Part shown: one piece after another, positions 1 through 9,255 of the stretch
Position numbering within the stretch: the stretch's first letter is position 1
How the letters are laid out: each line of letters opens with the position of its first letter
NCBI GenBank assembly: GCA_041662665.1
Contig: JBAZSC010000004.1
Coordinates: forward strand, 10,464 to 74,463
Direction of reading: 5' to 3'
DNA from: Patescibacteria group bacterium
GTDB taxonomy: Bacteria > Patescibacteriota > JABMPQ01 > JAQVVF01
DNA: 64,000 bases
Translations under genes and position numbers: made by a program
Notes under the pieces: generated by a model
What the model saw: the letters and a program-made list of their open reading frames with translations, nothing else
Told to the model about the DNA's origin: nothing
Database searches by the model: none

Positions 1-367
1 ATATTCCAACTAAAAGATAAGTCAAAAAAACAGTCACAATGTAAATTCCGCCAATTTTAAGAATTTCTTTAAACTTTTTGCCATTATCTTTTTCTTCAGG
101 ATGAACAAAAATAATTAAATAGCCTAAAAGCAAAATTATCAATCCAATCGCGCATGGATTTATGCCATCAATCAATCCAGCAACTATCACAATAGGCAAA
201 GTTAATTGTTCGGCATTCAAATGCAACATTTGTCCGACATCACAACCAAAAATAACAATTTTTTGCGCTTTACAAGTCGCTTCCGCAGCCAAAACTTGGT
301 TAGTAACTAGCAAACAGTAACTAGTAATTAGCAAAATAAAAACACTGATTTTTCTAAAATATTTCAT
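1..367 (-). CDS. CcdA/DsbD-family thiol-disulfide / cytochrome c biogenesis-type membrane protein, N-terminal part (gene runs past the window start)
   Basis: Minus-strand ATG at 367. My translation gives MKYFRKISVFILLITSYCLLVTNQVLAAEATCK...GINPCAIGLIILLLGYL, with the INPC motif typical of CcdA/DsbD TM1. The ORF is open to position 1. Confidence 0.4.
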   Translation of the reverse strand, partial: MKYFRKISVFILLITSYCLLVTNQVLAAEATCKAQKIVIFGCDVGQMLHLNAEQLTLPIVIVAGLIDGINPCAIGLIILLLGYLIIFVHPEEKDNGKKFKEILKIGGIYIVTVFLTYLLVGI

Positions 368-568
368 AAACTAAATCTAACACAAAAATTTATTCGGAAC
401 AATATTTCACCCTTCGGGTGACCACCCGCAGGGTGGCAATATTCAATATTCAATTCTAGCATCCAATCTTCGTAACAATATCCAAATTTCCTAATTTCCG
501 AATATCTTAATATCCGAATATATTTCGAAATACTTTATAAACTTTAAGAACTTTATAGACTTTACAAA

Positions 569-2209
569 CTAGAGTATCTCTTCCCGTTTTTCCTTGATAT
601 ACACAATCCAATCTTCAATAATTTCAATCATTAATTGGAATGGCGCTTCAATCAAAAAATCCATAATAAAAATAAAAACATTAACTCTAGAAAAAGTATT
701 AGAGATCCATCTGCCAAATCTCAAAATTGGCAAAGTAAAAATATCAAAAATAAATGTGATTATATTCTCTTTTTCTGTTTGTAAAATCAATTCTCGAACA
801 CTTTGCCGTAAAGAAACGCCAAAGAAACAAACGATACTGAATAACACAATGAAAATACCACCAGAAACAACATTAAAATCAAGTTTATGTAAAGACCAAA
901 TAATAAAACCAAACGTCATTGAAAAAACTAACAGATACAATGCCGAAAAAATAAAATTAAAAATAAATTTTCTTTTTCTCAATAAAACTTTTTCTTTGAC
1001 AAAAATTTTTCTTTTTACATCATCGTAAACAATTTCTTTTATGCCAGAAATAATTTTGTCAGAATTTTTTTCACCTGGTACTCGAACAAGCAATGCTACC
1101 AAAAATATCAAAAATGGCGGAACTAAAATATTCACAATAAATGCTGGATAATTTATCAATGACAAAAAAATCAATTCATACGGCACTTCTATAACTAATG
1201 CCAATAATATTTTTGTTAGCAAAATGTAAATAACTGCTCTAACAGCTTTGCGTCTTAATTTTGTTTTAAATTCTGCATATTTTTCTGAACAAACAGAACG
1301 CAATTTATCTTCCAATGATAAAATATCTGGCGGTGCAAAAGGATCAAATTCCAACGATGGCTCTGGCGGATTGATAAATAATTCCTTAGCATTCTCTGGA
1401 CTCTGTTCAATAAAACTTTTTAAAATCACAAACGGCGCCACATATTTTCGAACTAGCTGGTACAACCGATTCGCCATTTTATGATTCAATTGCCGATCTA
1501 TTCCATCTTTAATTAAATCAATATCATTCGCAATTTTTTCAATTGTTTGATATGAAGGCGTAGCAAACCAATTTGGAAAATGCAATCTAAACAAATGGTA
1601 AGACAAAATATCATCATCTGACTTTATCAATGCTCGATGAATCGCAATATAAACTTGAATATCTTTCTCGCCTTCCTTAATTCCTTGCTGCTCTAAAGAA
1701 ATTTTCTTAGCCAGCATATCGTACATGCAATTTACTAATGCTGTTTCCACTATTTTCGGTTTTAATAAATTATCAATTTCACAAGCTGAAATTGCCAGCA
1801 ACCATTCAATTTTTTTCAATGAACCTGGCAATTGCCTTTTTGCCAATTGATTATTTAAAAAAATATATTTATTCAAAATCGCGCTGATTTCTTCAACTGT
1901 TTCTTCAGTCACGCTCATATTTTTCAAATGCCTTGATCTAATCAATTCTCGAACTAACGAATCAGCAATAATTTTTGCCTTATTTTTATGGACAAATCTT
2001 CTTTTCAGAATTCTCAAAATTGCGCTTTTTCGTAATAAATGCTCTTCGCGATAATCAACTGCTGTTCTAATTTTTTCATAAAAAAAAGACAAAGTGGAAA
2101 TAACTTCATTTACTTTTATTACGGATCCTTTTCTCTTCTTATCCAAAGTCGATGCTTCGAAGAAAGCATCAAACAAATCATTGGCTTTTTTAGATAATCT
2201 TTTTTGCAT
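569..2209 (-). CDS. Hypothetical large membrane-associated protein (soluble N-terminal about 300 aa plus multi-TM C-terminus)
   Basis: 546-aa ORF with AT-rich host-like codon usage. Hydrophobic C-terminal helices; no family recognised. Confidence 0.5.
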   Translation of the reverse strand: MQKRLSKKANDLFDAFFEASTLDKKRKGSVIKVNEVISTLSFFYEKIRTAVDYREEHLLRKSAILRILKRRFVHKNKAKIIADSLVRELIRSRHLKNMSVTEETVEEISAILNKYIFLNNQLAKRQLPGSLKKIEWLLAISACEIDNLLKPKIVETALVNCMYDMLAKKISLEQQGIKEGEKDIQVYIAIHRALIKSDDDILSYHLFRLHFPNWFATPSYQTIEKIANDIDLIKDGIDRQLNHKMANRLYQLVRKYVAPFVILKSFIEQSPENAKELFINPPEPSLEFDPFAPPDILSLEDKLRSVCSEKYAEFKTKLRRKAVRAVIYILLTKILLALVIEVPYELIFLSLINYPAFIVNILVPPFLIFLVALLVRVPGEKNSDKIISGIKEIVYDDVKRKIFVKEKVLLRKRKFIFNFIFSALYLLVFSMTFGFIIWSLHKLDFNVVSGGIFIVLFSIVCFFGVSLRQSVRELILQTEKENIITFIFDIFTLPILRFGRWISNTFSRVNVFIFIMDFLIEAPFQLMIEIIEDWIVYIKEKREEIL

Positions 2210-2357
2210 AACAAGCTATCTTAGCTAAATATGCAATTTTAGTCAACAAAAAACCCAAATAATTTTAGGTTTTTAGATATAAGATATCTGTGTTATCTGT
2301 ATAGAATCTGTGTTATCTGTATAGAATCTGTTTTAAATCTGTGTAAAATCTGTAGCA

Positions 2358-3602
2358 TTAGACTTCAATATATCCTTTTTCCCAATTATCAATAATCATT
2401 TTTTCCATCATTGTTTTACCGCCGACATATTCATAGAAAATCTTATTCCATAATGATTCTTGATGGTGATAAAGATATTTAATCATCTCTTTTCGCTTCG
2501 CCAAACCCATTTCATTATCAATCAAATTAAAACTAATCAGTTCATCATTCAAATCGCCTTTAAAAAAATCTCCGACAAAATTCAAACCTTCCCAAAAAGC
2601 AAATTCTAAACCTTTAAATTTAACATCGAGTTTTGATAATGATTCTTCTGCTTTTGACCAATGAATTGTTTCTGGATTTACATGCGGTTCAAATAACCTG
2701 AAGTCATTTTCATCATCTTTTGCTAAATATCTTTGTACAATTCTAAAAAAACCAAATGGCATTTTTTCACTCAACACATCGCCACGAATTAATGAATCTA
2801 AATTATTTGCAAATTTTCCATCTGTTTTATGTTTTTCAATTAATTTAGAATAAAAAGGAATTTCGTTCAAATAATGCAAAATCAAAGAAAACATTCTCAA
2901 GGTTTCACCTGCAATTCCAGATGAGATTGGAATAATAAAAATTATTCCTAATTCTTTTAAATGGCTTAAATTATGATATTTTTTCTTAATAAATCTTTGG
3001 GCAATTCTTAACCATTTTTCATTTAAAACAATTACTTCGATATCACGATACTCAAAATCTGATGGCTGTAACTTTAGATAAGCTTTACTAAAAACATTAT
3101 TCATCCAATCTCTTGATTCAACAAATCTAAGTGCCGCATATACTTCTCTCCAATCTTCTTTTTCTAACAATAATTCCATACTTTTGTACTTCAAAGCTGA
3201 CAAAATATTCGGCGGCGGATTTTTTAATAAAAATTCTTTTGCCTTGTCTTTTTTTATAAAAAAACCTCGCTTATTATCTGTAATCTCCAATGCTACTTGT
3301 ATTGCTTTAGAACAAGATTCTTTTTTTTCACAAATCGGTTGACCAAGCATTTCAAACAAAGCTCGATCATCTCTTTTTAATTTTAAAATAATTGCTTTAT
3401 GAATAGTCAACGCATGACTATTTTTCGGCAATTTCAAAATTCCAAGCAATTCCTTTATTCGAAAATTATTTTCCGAAACAATTTTATCCAATACTAAAGA
3501 TTTTTTAAACTTTTTTTCCATCAACTCCGCAGTTTTTAAAACAGTAACCTTGTCGGTTCTCAAAATTCTCGCAATTTTTTCCGCTGAAACATAGTTTGCC
3601 AT
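2358..3602 (-). CDS. Hypothetical protein
   Basis: 414-aa ORF with no recognisable motif. Confidence 0.45.
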   Translation of the reverse strand: MANYVSAEKIARILRTDKVTVLKTAELMEKKFKKSLVLDKIVSENNFRIKELLGILKLPKNSHALTIHKAIILKLKRDDRALFEMLGQPICEKKESCSKAIQVALEITDNKRGFFIKKDKAKEFLLKNPPPNILSALKYKSMELLLEKEDWREVYAALRFVESRDWMNNVFSKAYLKLQPSDFEYRDIEVIVLNEKWLRIAQRFIKKKYHNLSHLKELGIIFIIPISSGIAGETLRMFSLILHYLNEIPFYSKLIEKHKTDGKFANNLDSLIRGDVLSEKMPFGFFRIVQRYLAKDDENDFRLFEPHVNPETIHWSKAEESLSKLDVKFKGLEFAFWEGLNFVGDFFKGDLNDELISFNLIDNEMGLAKRKEMIKYLYHHQESLWNKIFYEYVGGKTMMEKMIIDNWEKGYIEV

Positions 3603-3671
3603 AAAATATAAGTTAATAGAAAACAGAAAACAGAAACAACGACGACGTTACTGTTTCCTATTTTCTGTTTT

Positions 3672-4619
3672 CTAGAGCAGATAATTCTCTACTTTCACTT
3701 TATCAAATTTATTTAATCCACTCTTCGTCATTAATCCATTCTTTGCTCCAATTTTTTTCACAACTGATGATGCATTAGCAGTTGCTAATTGAATTGCATA
3801 ATTAACATCATTTTTAAAAAATAGTCCAGAAACAAATCCAGATCCAAAAGCATCTCCAGCACCAGTACTTTCAACAGCCTTACCTCCCATTGCCTTTGCT
3901 TTATAACAAGTTTTTCCGCTACAAGCTTCAACACCTTCCATTCCATTTGTAATTACTACTATTCCATCAGTCAAACTGTCTAATTTTTCAAAAATTTCTT
4001 TTGCATTTTTTAAACCAGTCAATTCTTTTGCTTCATCAAGATTTAAAATCAACACGCCAACTTTTGCTAAAAAAGGTTTTAAAGAAGTCATGCCTAATTT
4101 TATTTCCGAATTTCCAGGATTCCACGCAATTCTTATTTTTTTATCATTTGCACAATCAAAAATAGTTTTCAGAACTTTTACATTACCAGACAAAGAAGTA
4201 ATGTAAAACCATTTTGCATTAATTTTATTACATGGAATATCAGACTCTTTAAAATATTCACTTGTCCCTCGATGCACCAAAGCAACTCTGCCATTTTCAG
4301 TTGAAATAATAATTGAATAAGCTGTATATAGGTCTTTAGTTTCAGTAATAAATTGTGAACTAATCCCAAATTTTTTTAAATCTTCTAACACTGCCATACC
4401 TCCTGGATCATTTCCAATTCTACTAATACAAGCAGTATTCAATCCAAAATTTGAAAAAGTTGCTGCTGCATTAGTTGCTCCTCCGCCAGTAAAAAAGAAA
4501 ATCTCATCAACATCATTTTTTGATCCCAAATCAAAAGATAATTTATCTTTAGTTATAGGAAATTTTCCTTTCAAAAAAACATCGCGAGTCGCTGATCCAA
4601 TTGTAATTACATCAAACAT
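3672..4619 (-). CDS. PfkB-family carbohydrate/nucleoside kinase (ribokinase-like)
   Basis: N-terminal VITIGSATRDVF plus GGGATNAA, and C-terminal GAGDAFGSGF anion-hole motif of the PfkB family. Confidence 0.8.
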   Translation of the reverse strand: MFDVITIGSATRDVFLKGKFPITKDKLSFDLGSKNDVDEIFFFTGGGATNAAATFSNFGLNTACISRIGNDPGGMAVLEDLKKFGISSQFITETKDLYTAYSIIISTENGRVALVHRGTSEYFKESDIPCNKINAKWFYITSLSGNVKVLKTIFDCANDKKIRIAWNPGNSEIKLGMTSLKPFLAKVGVLILNLDEAKELTGLKNAKEIFEKLDSLTDGIVVITNGMEGVEACSGKTCYKAKAMGGKAVESTGAGDAFGSGFVSGLFFKNDVNYAIQLATANASSVVKKIGAKNGLMTKSGLNKFDKVKVENYLL

Positions 4620-4644
4620 AAATAAAAATATTAATAAAAAATAT

Positions 4645-5001
4645 TTAAATTATTCTATTGCCTAATCCTTCTATCATTTTTTTCATCGCCTGTATCATTT
4701 CTTCTTTATCAGATGAGCCTTTGGTCAAAACAGAATTAGCATTAGTTGCTAAGAAAGTATGGACTTCTTTTAATGATGGAGTAACTTCGGATAATTTAAA
4801 AATATTACCAACCTTTTCTATATAAATTCCTTCACCCTTCACATTTCTAAAACCATTTTCATTTTGATGAAAAGTTTTTGATGCCAATTCTTGAATTTCT
4901 TGAAAAGCTCTTTCAAATTGTTCAAAATTAAGTTCCTGAAGATCTAAATTTTCGAAATTCTTAGGTCCCTCAACATCTAAAGCAGGATGTTCTCCTATCA
5001 T
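4645..5001 (-). CDS. Hypothetical small protein
   Basis: 118-aa ORF in an operon-like position between gap and the PfkB kinase. Confidence 0.4.
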   Translation of the reverse strand: MIGEHPALDVEGPKNFENLDLQELNFEQFERAFQEIQELASKTFHQNENGFRNVKGEGIYIEKVGNIFKLSEVTPSLKEVHTFLATNANSVLTKGSSDKEEMIQAMKKMIEGLGNRII

Positions 5002-5031
5002 AATTTTGTTATTTAGTTATTTATAATTTCG

Positions 5032-6048
5032 TTATTTTATTAATGCTCCAGATTTAACAACATGCTCTACTAAAGTAACAGCGTATCCCCATTCATTGTC
5101 ATACCATGCCATAACTTTAACCAAATTTCCGCCAACAACTTTTGTAAATTCTGAATCAACAATACTAGCATGAGAATTCTTAATAATATCATGTGAAACG
5201 ATTGGTTCCGTAGAAAATTCTAATAAATTTTTCCATCGATCTTCTTTGCTCGCATCTTCCAAAATTTTATTTACTTCGGAAACGTTTGTTTCTTTTTTTG
5301 AAATAAATGTCACATCAGCAATAGAGCCACAAACAACCGGAACTCTAACAGCAATGCCATCAAATTTATCTGCCAATTCAGTTATTGCTTCAGTAGTTGC
5401 TTTTGCAGCTCCAGTTGTTGATGGCACCAAATTTTGCCCTGCTGATCTTCCACGTCTCATATCTTTCAAATCAGCTGGACCATCAACCAAGCTTTGAGTT
5501 GCAGTATAAGCATGAGTTGTATTCAACAACGCTTTTTCAATTCCTAATTTTTCATTTAAAATCGCAACAACCGGTGAAATAGCATTTGTTGTACAAGATG
5601 CGTTTGAAGTAATCACATCATCTTTCATTTTTTCTTCATTAACTCCTAATAAAATAGTTGGCACGCCTCCTTTTGCTGGTGCAGAAATTACCACTCTTTT
5701 TGCGCCAACTGTTAAATGCATTTTTGCCTTTTCTTTTTCCGTAAACACGCCAGTACATTCAACACAAACATCAACATTCAATTCTTTCCATGGCAATTTG
5801 CTTGGATCTTTTTCTTGAGAAAAATTAACTTTCTTGCCTTCCACAACTAAATTTCCATCAACAACTTCAACTTTCTTATCATATTTTCCATAGACCGTAT
5901 CATACTTCAAAAGATAAGCTAAATTTTCTAAATCTCCCAAATCATTAATTCCTACAATTTCCATTTCATCTTGCCGATCAAACGCAATTTGAAAAAATTG
6001 TCTGCCGATCCTGCCAAATCCATTGATTGCTACTTTTATTTTGTTCAT
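5032..6048 (-). CDS. gap: Glyceraldehyde-3-phosphate dehydrogenase
   Basis: INGFGRIGR Rossmann motif and the SNASCTTN catalytic Cys signature. Full-length 338 aa. Confidence 0.95.
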   Translation of the reverse strand: MNKIKVAINGFGRIGRQFFQIAFDRQDEMEIVGINDLGDLENLAYLLKYDTVYGKYDKKVEVVDGNLVVEGKKVNFSQEKDPSKLPWKELNVDVCVECTGVFTEKEKAKMHLTVGAKRVVISAPAKGGVPTILLGVNEEKMKDDVITSNASCTTNAISPVVAILNEKLGIEKALLNTTHAYTATQSLVDGPADLKDMRRGRSAGQNLVPSTTGAAKATTEAITELADKFDGIAVRVPVVCGSIADVTFISKKETNVSEVNKILEDASKEDRWKNLLEFSTEPIVSHDIIKNSHASIVDSEFTKVVGGNLVKVMAWYDNEWGYAVTLVEHVVKSGALIK

Positions 6049-6129
6049 AAAAATTCTTTTTTAAATAATAAAAACACCTGCTTCCCCTCCTTATAAAACA
6101 ATTATAACAAATTTTAACAATTCAGCCAA

Positions 6130-6160
6130 ACCAAAAAAGGGCACGTGCCCTTTTCAAAAA
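6130..6160 (-). terminator. Rho-independent terminator for the 6233-8623 gene
   Basis: Hairpin aagggcacgtgccctt flanked by A/T runs. Confidence 0.5.
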
Positions 6161-6232
6161 AGTTATTAGCAAATTATGAGCAAGTTAAAAAAATTGAATA
6201 AATTTTTTTAACAGCAAAAGATTAACGATTCT

Positions 6233-8623
6233 TTATTCAAAAAAGAAATCTTGGCTATCCGATGTTTCTAAATTAGTTGAATTAGATAAGGCATTCTTCT
6301 CAGCAATCACGAATTTAATCTTTTTTAATGTTCTGAAGTAAAATGATGGAGCAAATGGTCTGTTCTTTGTCTTGATATCTAAAGGATTTGGAACAGGATT
6401 TTTAGGTATCTTTACAAGATAATTTCTAATCTTAAATTTCAAAGTATGAGTTGTTTTGTTTTGATAAATTCTGTATGGTCCTCGCCAAATTCCGTCTCTA
6501 TCTTTAATAAATAGTCTTAAATTCTTTTCTTTGATCTTTGTCTTGTTTAATTTAGATTTTGAATATCTAACAGAGACTCTGAAATTAATATGTTTATTAA
6601 CATTTTTCTGATAGGCTCTTTTGACTGTACCAATATTTGATAATAGCTTTAAGTATCCTGGATAGCTGTTTTTCTTTGTAAAACCATTTAGATGTTTCTT
6701 TTTGTTTCTAATTAATTTGATATATAGATCGTTGATTGATTTTTGTTTAGGAAGAAGATAGAAAAGAAGATCTGCATTATCTTGTTGACTTTGATAAGTT
6801 TGGTTTAAAATTACATTTTCTAAATTAAGTTTTTCAATGAAAGGAATAACTGGAGCTTCAGTATTAATAATATATTCTTCAGTTTTTACACTTTCTGAAT
6901 TTCCAACATTATCAACTGAAAAGAATTTTAGAGTTGTTGTTTCAGAAATTTCGATTGGCGAAGAATAGACTAATGATGAAGTAGTTGGTTCTGTGCCATC
7001 AGTTGTGTAATATGTTGTAGCGACGCCAGAATTATCATCAACTGCTGTCAAGGTAACAGATTGAACTGATGTGTAAGTTTCACCAATTGGAGAAGCAGTG
7101 GTTATTGGTGCTACTGTATCAATAACATAAATCTCTGTTTTCACAGCTTCTAAATTACCAATGGCATTTTCTGAAAAGAATTTTAAGGTTGTATTCGTTA
7201 AAATATCAATCGGACTAGAATATGTTGGTGAAGCTTCTGTTGGGTCTGAACCATCTGTTGTATAGTATGTTGTTGCTGTCTTATTTGGAGTCAAAGTAAT
7301 TGATTGAGCGCTATTGTATGTATCACCTACTGGAGAGGCAGTTGTAACTGGAATATCACTATCCAATACATCGACAATTGTTTGGGCAATTTCCGTATAC
7401 CCTGCTACATTTTCGTGTACTCCATCACCAGAATCATATATGGCCTGTATATCCCAGTAATTACCAGCGTCTCCACCAACTCTAAATTGCCCGATATGTG
7501 GTTTGCTGTCAACTACTATGGCGGACGAGTACGAAGTGGCTATCAGATTTACAAGGTGTGTTTCCCAATCACTTCTTATCTGCCAGTTAGCATTCGACCT
7601 TGCAGTGAATGGTGTCGATAGCAGAACTACAGGTATAATATTATTAGTTACACAGGCATCAAGCATTGAAGTCCAATTGGCAAGAAAGATTGCCTCGGCC
7701 CCTTCTGCACTTGTGTCATCATTTGCGCTGGCTTCTATTATTGCCATCCTGGGGTGTAAATTAACCACATCATTCGTAAATCTTGCAGCAATTTGGGTAG
7801 ATGTTTGACTTCCAATACCCATATTCTGATATGTTGCAGAATGCAAAAGAGAGAATTGGTAACTAATAGAACTACTAAGTGAATATGTCGTACTGTTTTC
7901 AATAAACGAATAGTTTGCTGGATGTCCAGCCACAATAGAATCTCCAATATATACTATTTGAGGAGCTTGCATATAAACTTTGACAGGAAGTATTGAAGTG
8001 TATGGAGATTGTGCCGACCAATTATAATTAGTCGCACTAGGAGTCGCATCGTAAGCAAAATAGGCTGAGTTAGCCGCTTGACCAATTAATACATTCCATT
8101 GGTTACTACCTGCTCCACTAATAACTATTCCACATGCGATATAGTCTCCCTCTTGCACTGTCCAGGTAGTAGAGGGTGTAATATTTTTAGTCGCAGGTAA
8201 ACCAGTTAATTGGGCTAATACGTCTTCTTGATAAATTCTATCAAAAGTTGCGCCATTCTTACGCCATATCTGTATATAATAATTAGTTATATTAGTAACA
8301 TTATTTACGTGAATAGACAAATGGTCTATGACTCCATTTTGTCTAATACGCGACCTGTTATTATTAAGTAACCGATATCCGCTTGTATGTAATGACCCAT
8401 CGACACCCGAGTTGCCACCAACAGTTAATATTGCATCATAGCCACCAGCTTCAACAATATTCGAATTTGGAGCCATATCCCATGCATATGTAGAAGTAGG
8501 TACAAGCAAAATAAGTATCGGGATTAACAAGACCGCAAGTAAAATTAAAAAAGAGTTAAAAATTTTTACTTTTCCATTAAGCCCCCCCCCTCGTACTTTT
8601 TTGTTTATATTTAAATTATCCAT
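6233..8623 (-). CDS. Secreted SGNH/GDSL-family hydrolase with two chitobiase/hexosaminidase-C-like (YYTTDG...) beta modules and a lysine-rich C-terminal domain
   Basis: N-terminal TM/signal peptide. SGNH block I VYIGDSIVAG and block V DSGDGVHEN. Two tandem copies of about 85 aa (TTYYTTDGSDPT...LKFFS). Basic C-terminal 200 aa resembling the C-termini of the 22030-33614 paralog family. Confidence 0.65.
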   Translation of the reverse strand: MDNLNINKKVRGGGLNGKVKIFNSFLILLAVLLIPILILLVPTSTYAWDMAPNSNIVEAGGYDAILTVGGNSGVDGSLHTSGYRLLNNNRSRIRQNGVIDHLSIHVNNVTNITNYYIQIWRKNGATFDRIYQEDVLAQLTGLPATKNITPSTTWTVQEGDYIACGIVISGAGSNQWNVLIGQAANSAYFAYDATPSATNYNWSAQSPYTSILPVKVYMQAPQIVYIGDSIVAGHPANYSFIENSTTYSLSSSISYQFSLLHSATYQNMGIGSQTSTQIAARFTNDVVNLHPRMAIIEASANDDTSAEGAEAIFLANWTSMLDACVTNNIIPVVLLSTPFTARSNANWQIRSDWETHLVNLIATSYSSAIVVDSKPHIGQFRVGGDAGNYWDIQAIYDSGDGVHENVAGYTEIAQTIVDVLDSDIPVTTASPVGDTYNSAQSITLTPNKTATTYYTTDGSDPTEASPTYSSPIDILTNTTLKFFSENAIGNLEAVKTEIYVIDTVAPITTASPIGETYTSVQSVTLTAVDDNSGVATTYYTTDGTEPTTSSLVYSSPIEISETTTLKFFSVDNVGNSESVKTEEYIINTEAPVIPFIEKLNLENVILNQTYQSQQDNADLLFYLLPKQKSINDLYIKLIRNKKKHLNGFTKKNSYPGYLKLLSNIGTVKRAYQKNVNKHINFRVSVRYSKSKLNKTKIKEKNLRLFIKDRDGIWRGPYRIYQNKTTHTLKFKIRNYLVKIPKNPVPNPLDIKTKNRPFAPSFYFRTLKKIKFVIAEKNALSNSTNLETSDSQDFFFE

Positions 8624-8725
8624 TTTGTTTTAATTAATTTGTATTTTTAATTCTAAAAAATACAAAACAACTCACAGAGTTTTATCAAAATTATTATAGC
8701 ACAAAATATTATTTTCTAAAAATCA

Positions 8726-9010
8726 TCACACAAAAAACTTATCCACATCTATTTTATTTTTCTTAATTTCAATTCCTTCTTGTCTTAACAATTTTATTTT
8801 CTTTTTTAATCCTTTATTATATCCTCCAACAAAACCATCACTTCTTATCACTCTATGACATGGCACTTCTTTATTAAAATTTTTATTCAAAATATTACCA
8901 ACAGCACGATAAGCTCTAGGTTTATTTATCTTCTTTGCAATTTTTTTATAAGTAATAATTTTACCTTTTGGAATTTGCTTACAAATTTTATAAACTTCTT
9001 CTTTAAACAT
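8726..9010 (-). CDS. MGMT-family (methylated-DNA-protein-cysteine methyltransferase) DNA-binding domain protein, stand-alone C-terminal domain
   Basis: 94 aa with the PCHRVI active-site Cys motif and a helix-turn-helix region. Confidence 0.6.
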   Translation of the reverse strand: MFKEEVYKICKQIPKGKIITYKKIAKKINKPRAYRAVGNILNKNFNKEVPCHRVIRSDGFVGGYNKGLKKKIKLLRQEGIEIKKNKIDVDKFFV

Positions 9011-9083
9011 AAATTTATTATATCAAAAAAGCCTACTAAAATTGAAGTAGACTTTTTTTAAATTTTTAAAAATGATATTTAAA

Positions 9084-9155
9084 TACCGCCTAGGGGAATC
9101 GAACCCCTGTTGTCAGGATGAAAACCTGATGTCCTAGCCACTAGACGAAGGCGGC
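9084..9155 (-). tRNA. tRNA-Glu (anticodon UUC)
   Basis: The reverse complement, GCCGCCTTCGTCTAGTGGCTAGGACATCAGGTTTTCATCCTGACAACAGGGGTTCGATTCCCCTAGGCGGTA, folds as a cloverleaf with a TTC anticodon and a GGTTCGATTCC T-arm. It resembles bacterial tRNA-Glu. Confidence 0.8.
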
Positions 9156-9223
9156 ACAATTATTCTATATACACAGAATAATACTAAAATTACTTAAAGT
9201 CAATACTCAAACAATATATTATT

Positions 9224-9232
9224 TGTTATAAT
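9224..9232 (+). promoter_or_regulatory. Extended -10 promoter element (TGtTATAAT) upstream of the M23 peptidase gene
   Basis: tgttataat sits 24 nt upstream of the ATG at 9256. Confidence 0.35.
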
Positions 9233-9255
9233 AAAATAAATATTACATAAAATTC

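Noticed and set aside
594-1484. ORFs 594-1028 and 1248-1484 on the + strand
   Set aside because: Fully embedded antisense in the 546-aa minus-strand gene; low-complexity translations.
8726-9010. Full-length Ogt/Ada methyltransferase
   Set aside because: Only the roughly 90-aa C-terminal MGMT DNA-binding/active-site domain is present. It is called as a stand-alone MGMT-domain protein.
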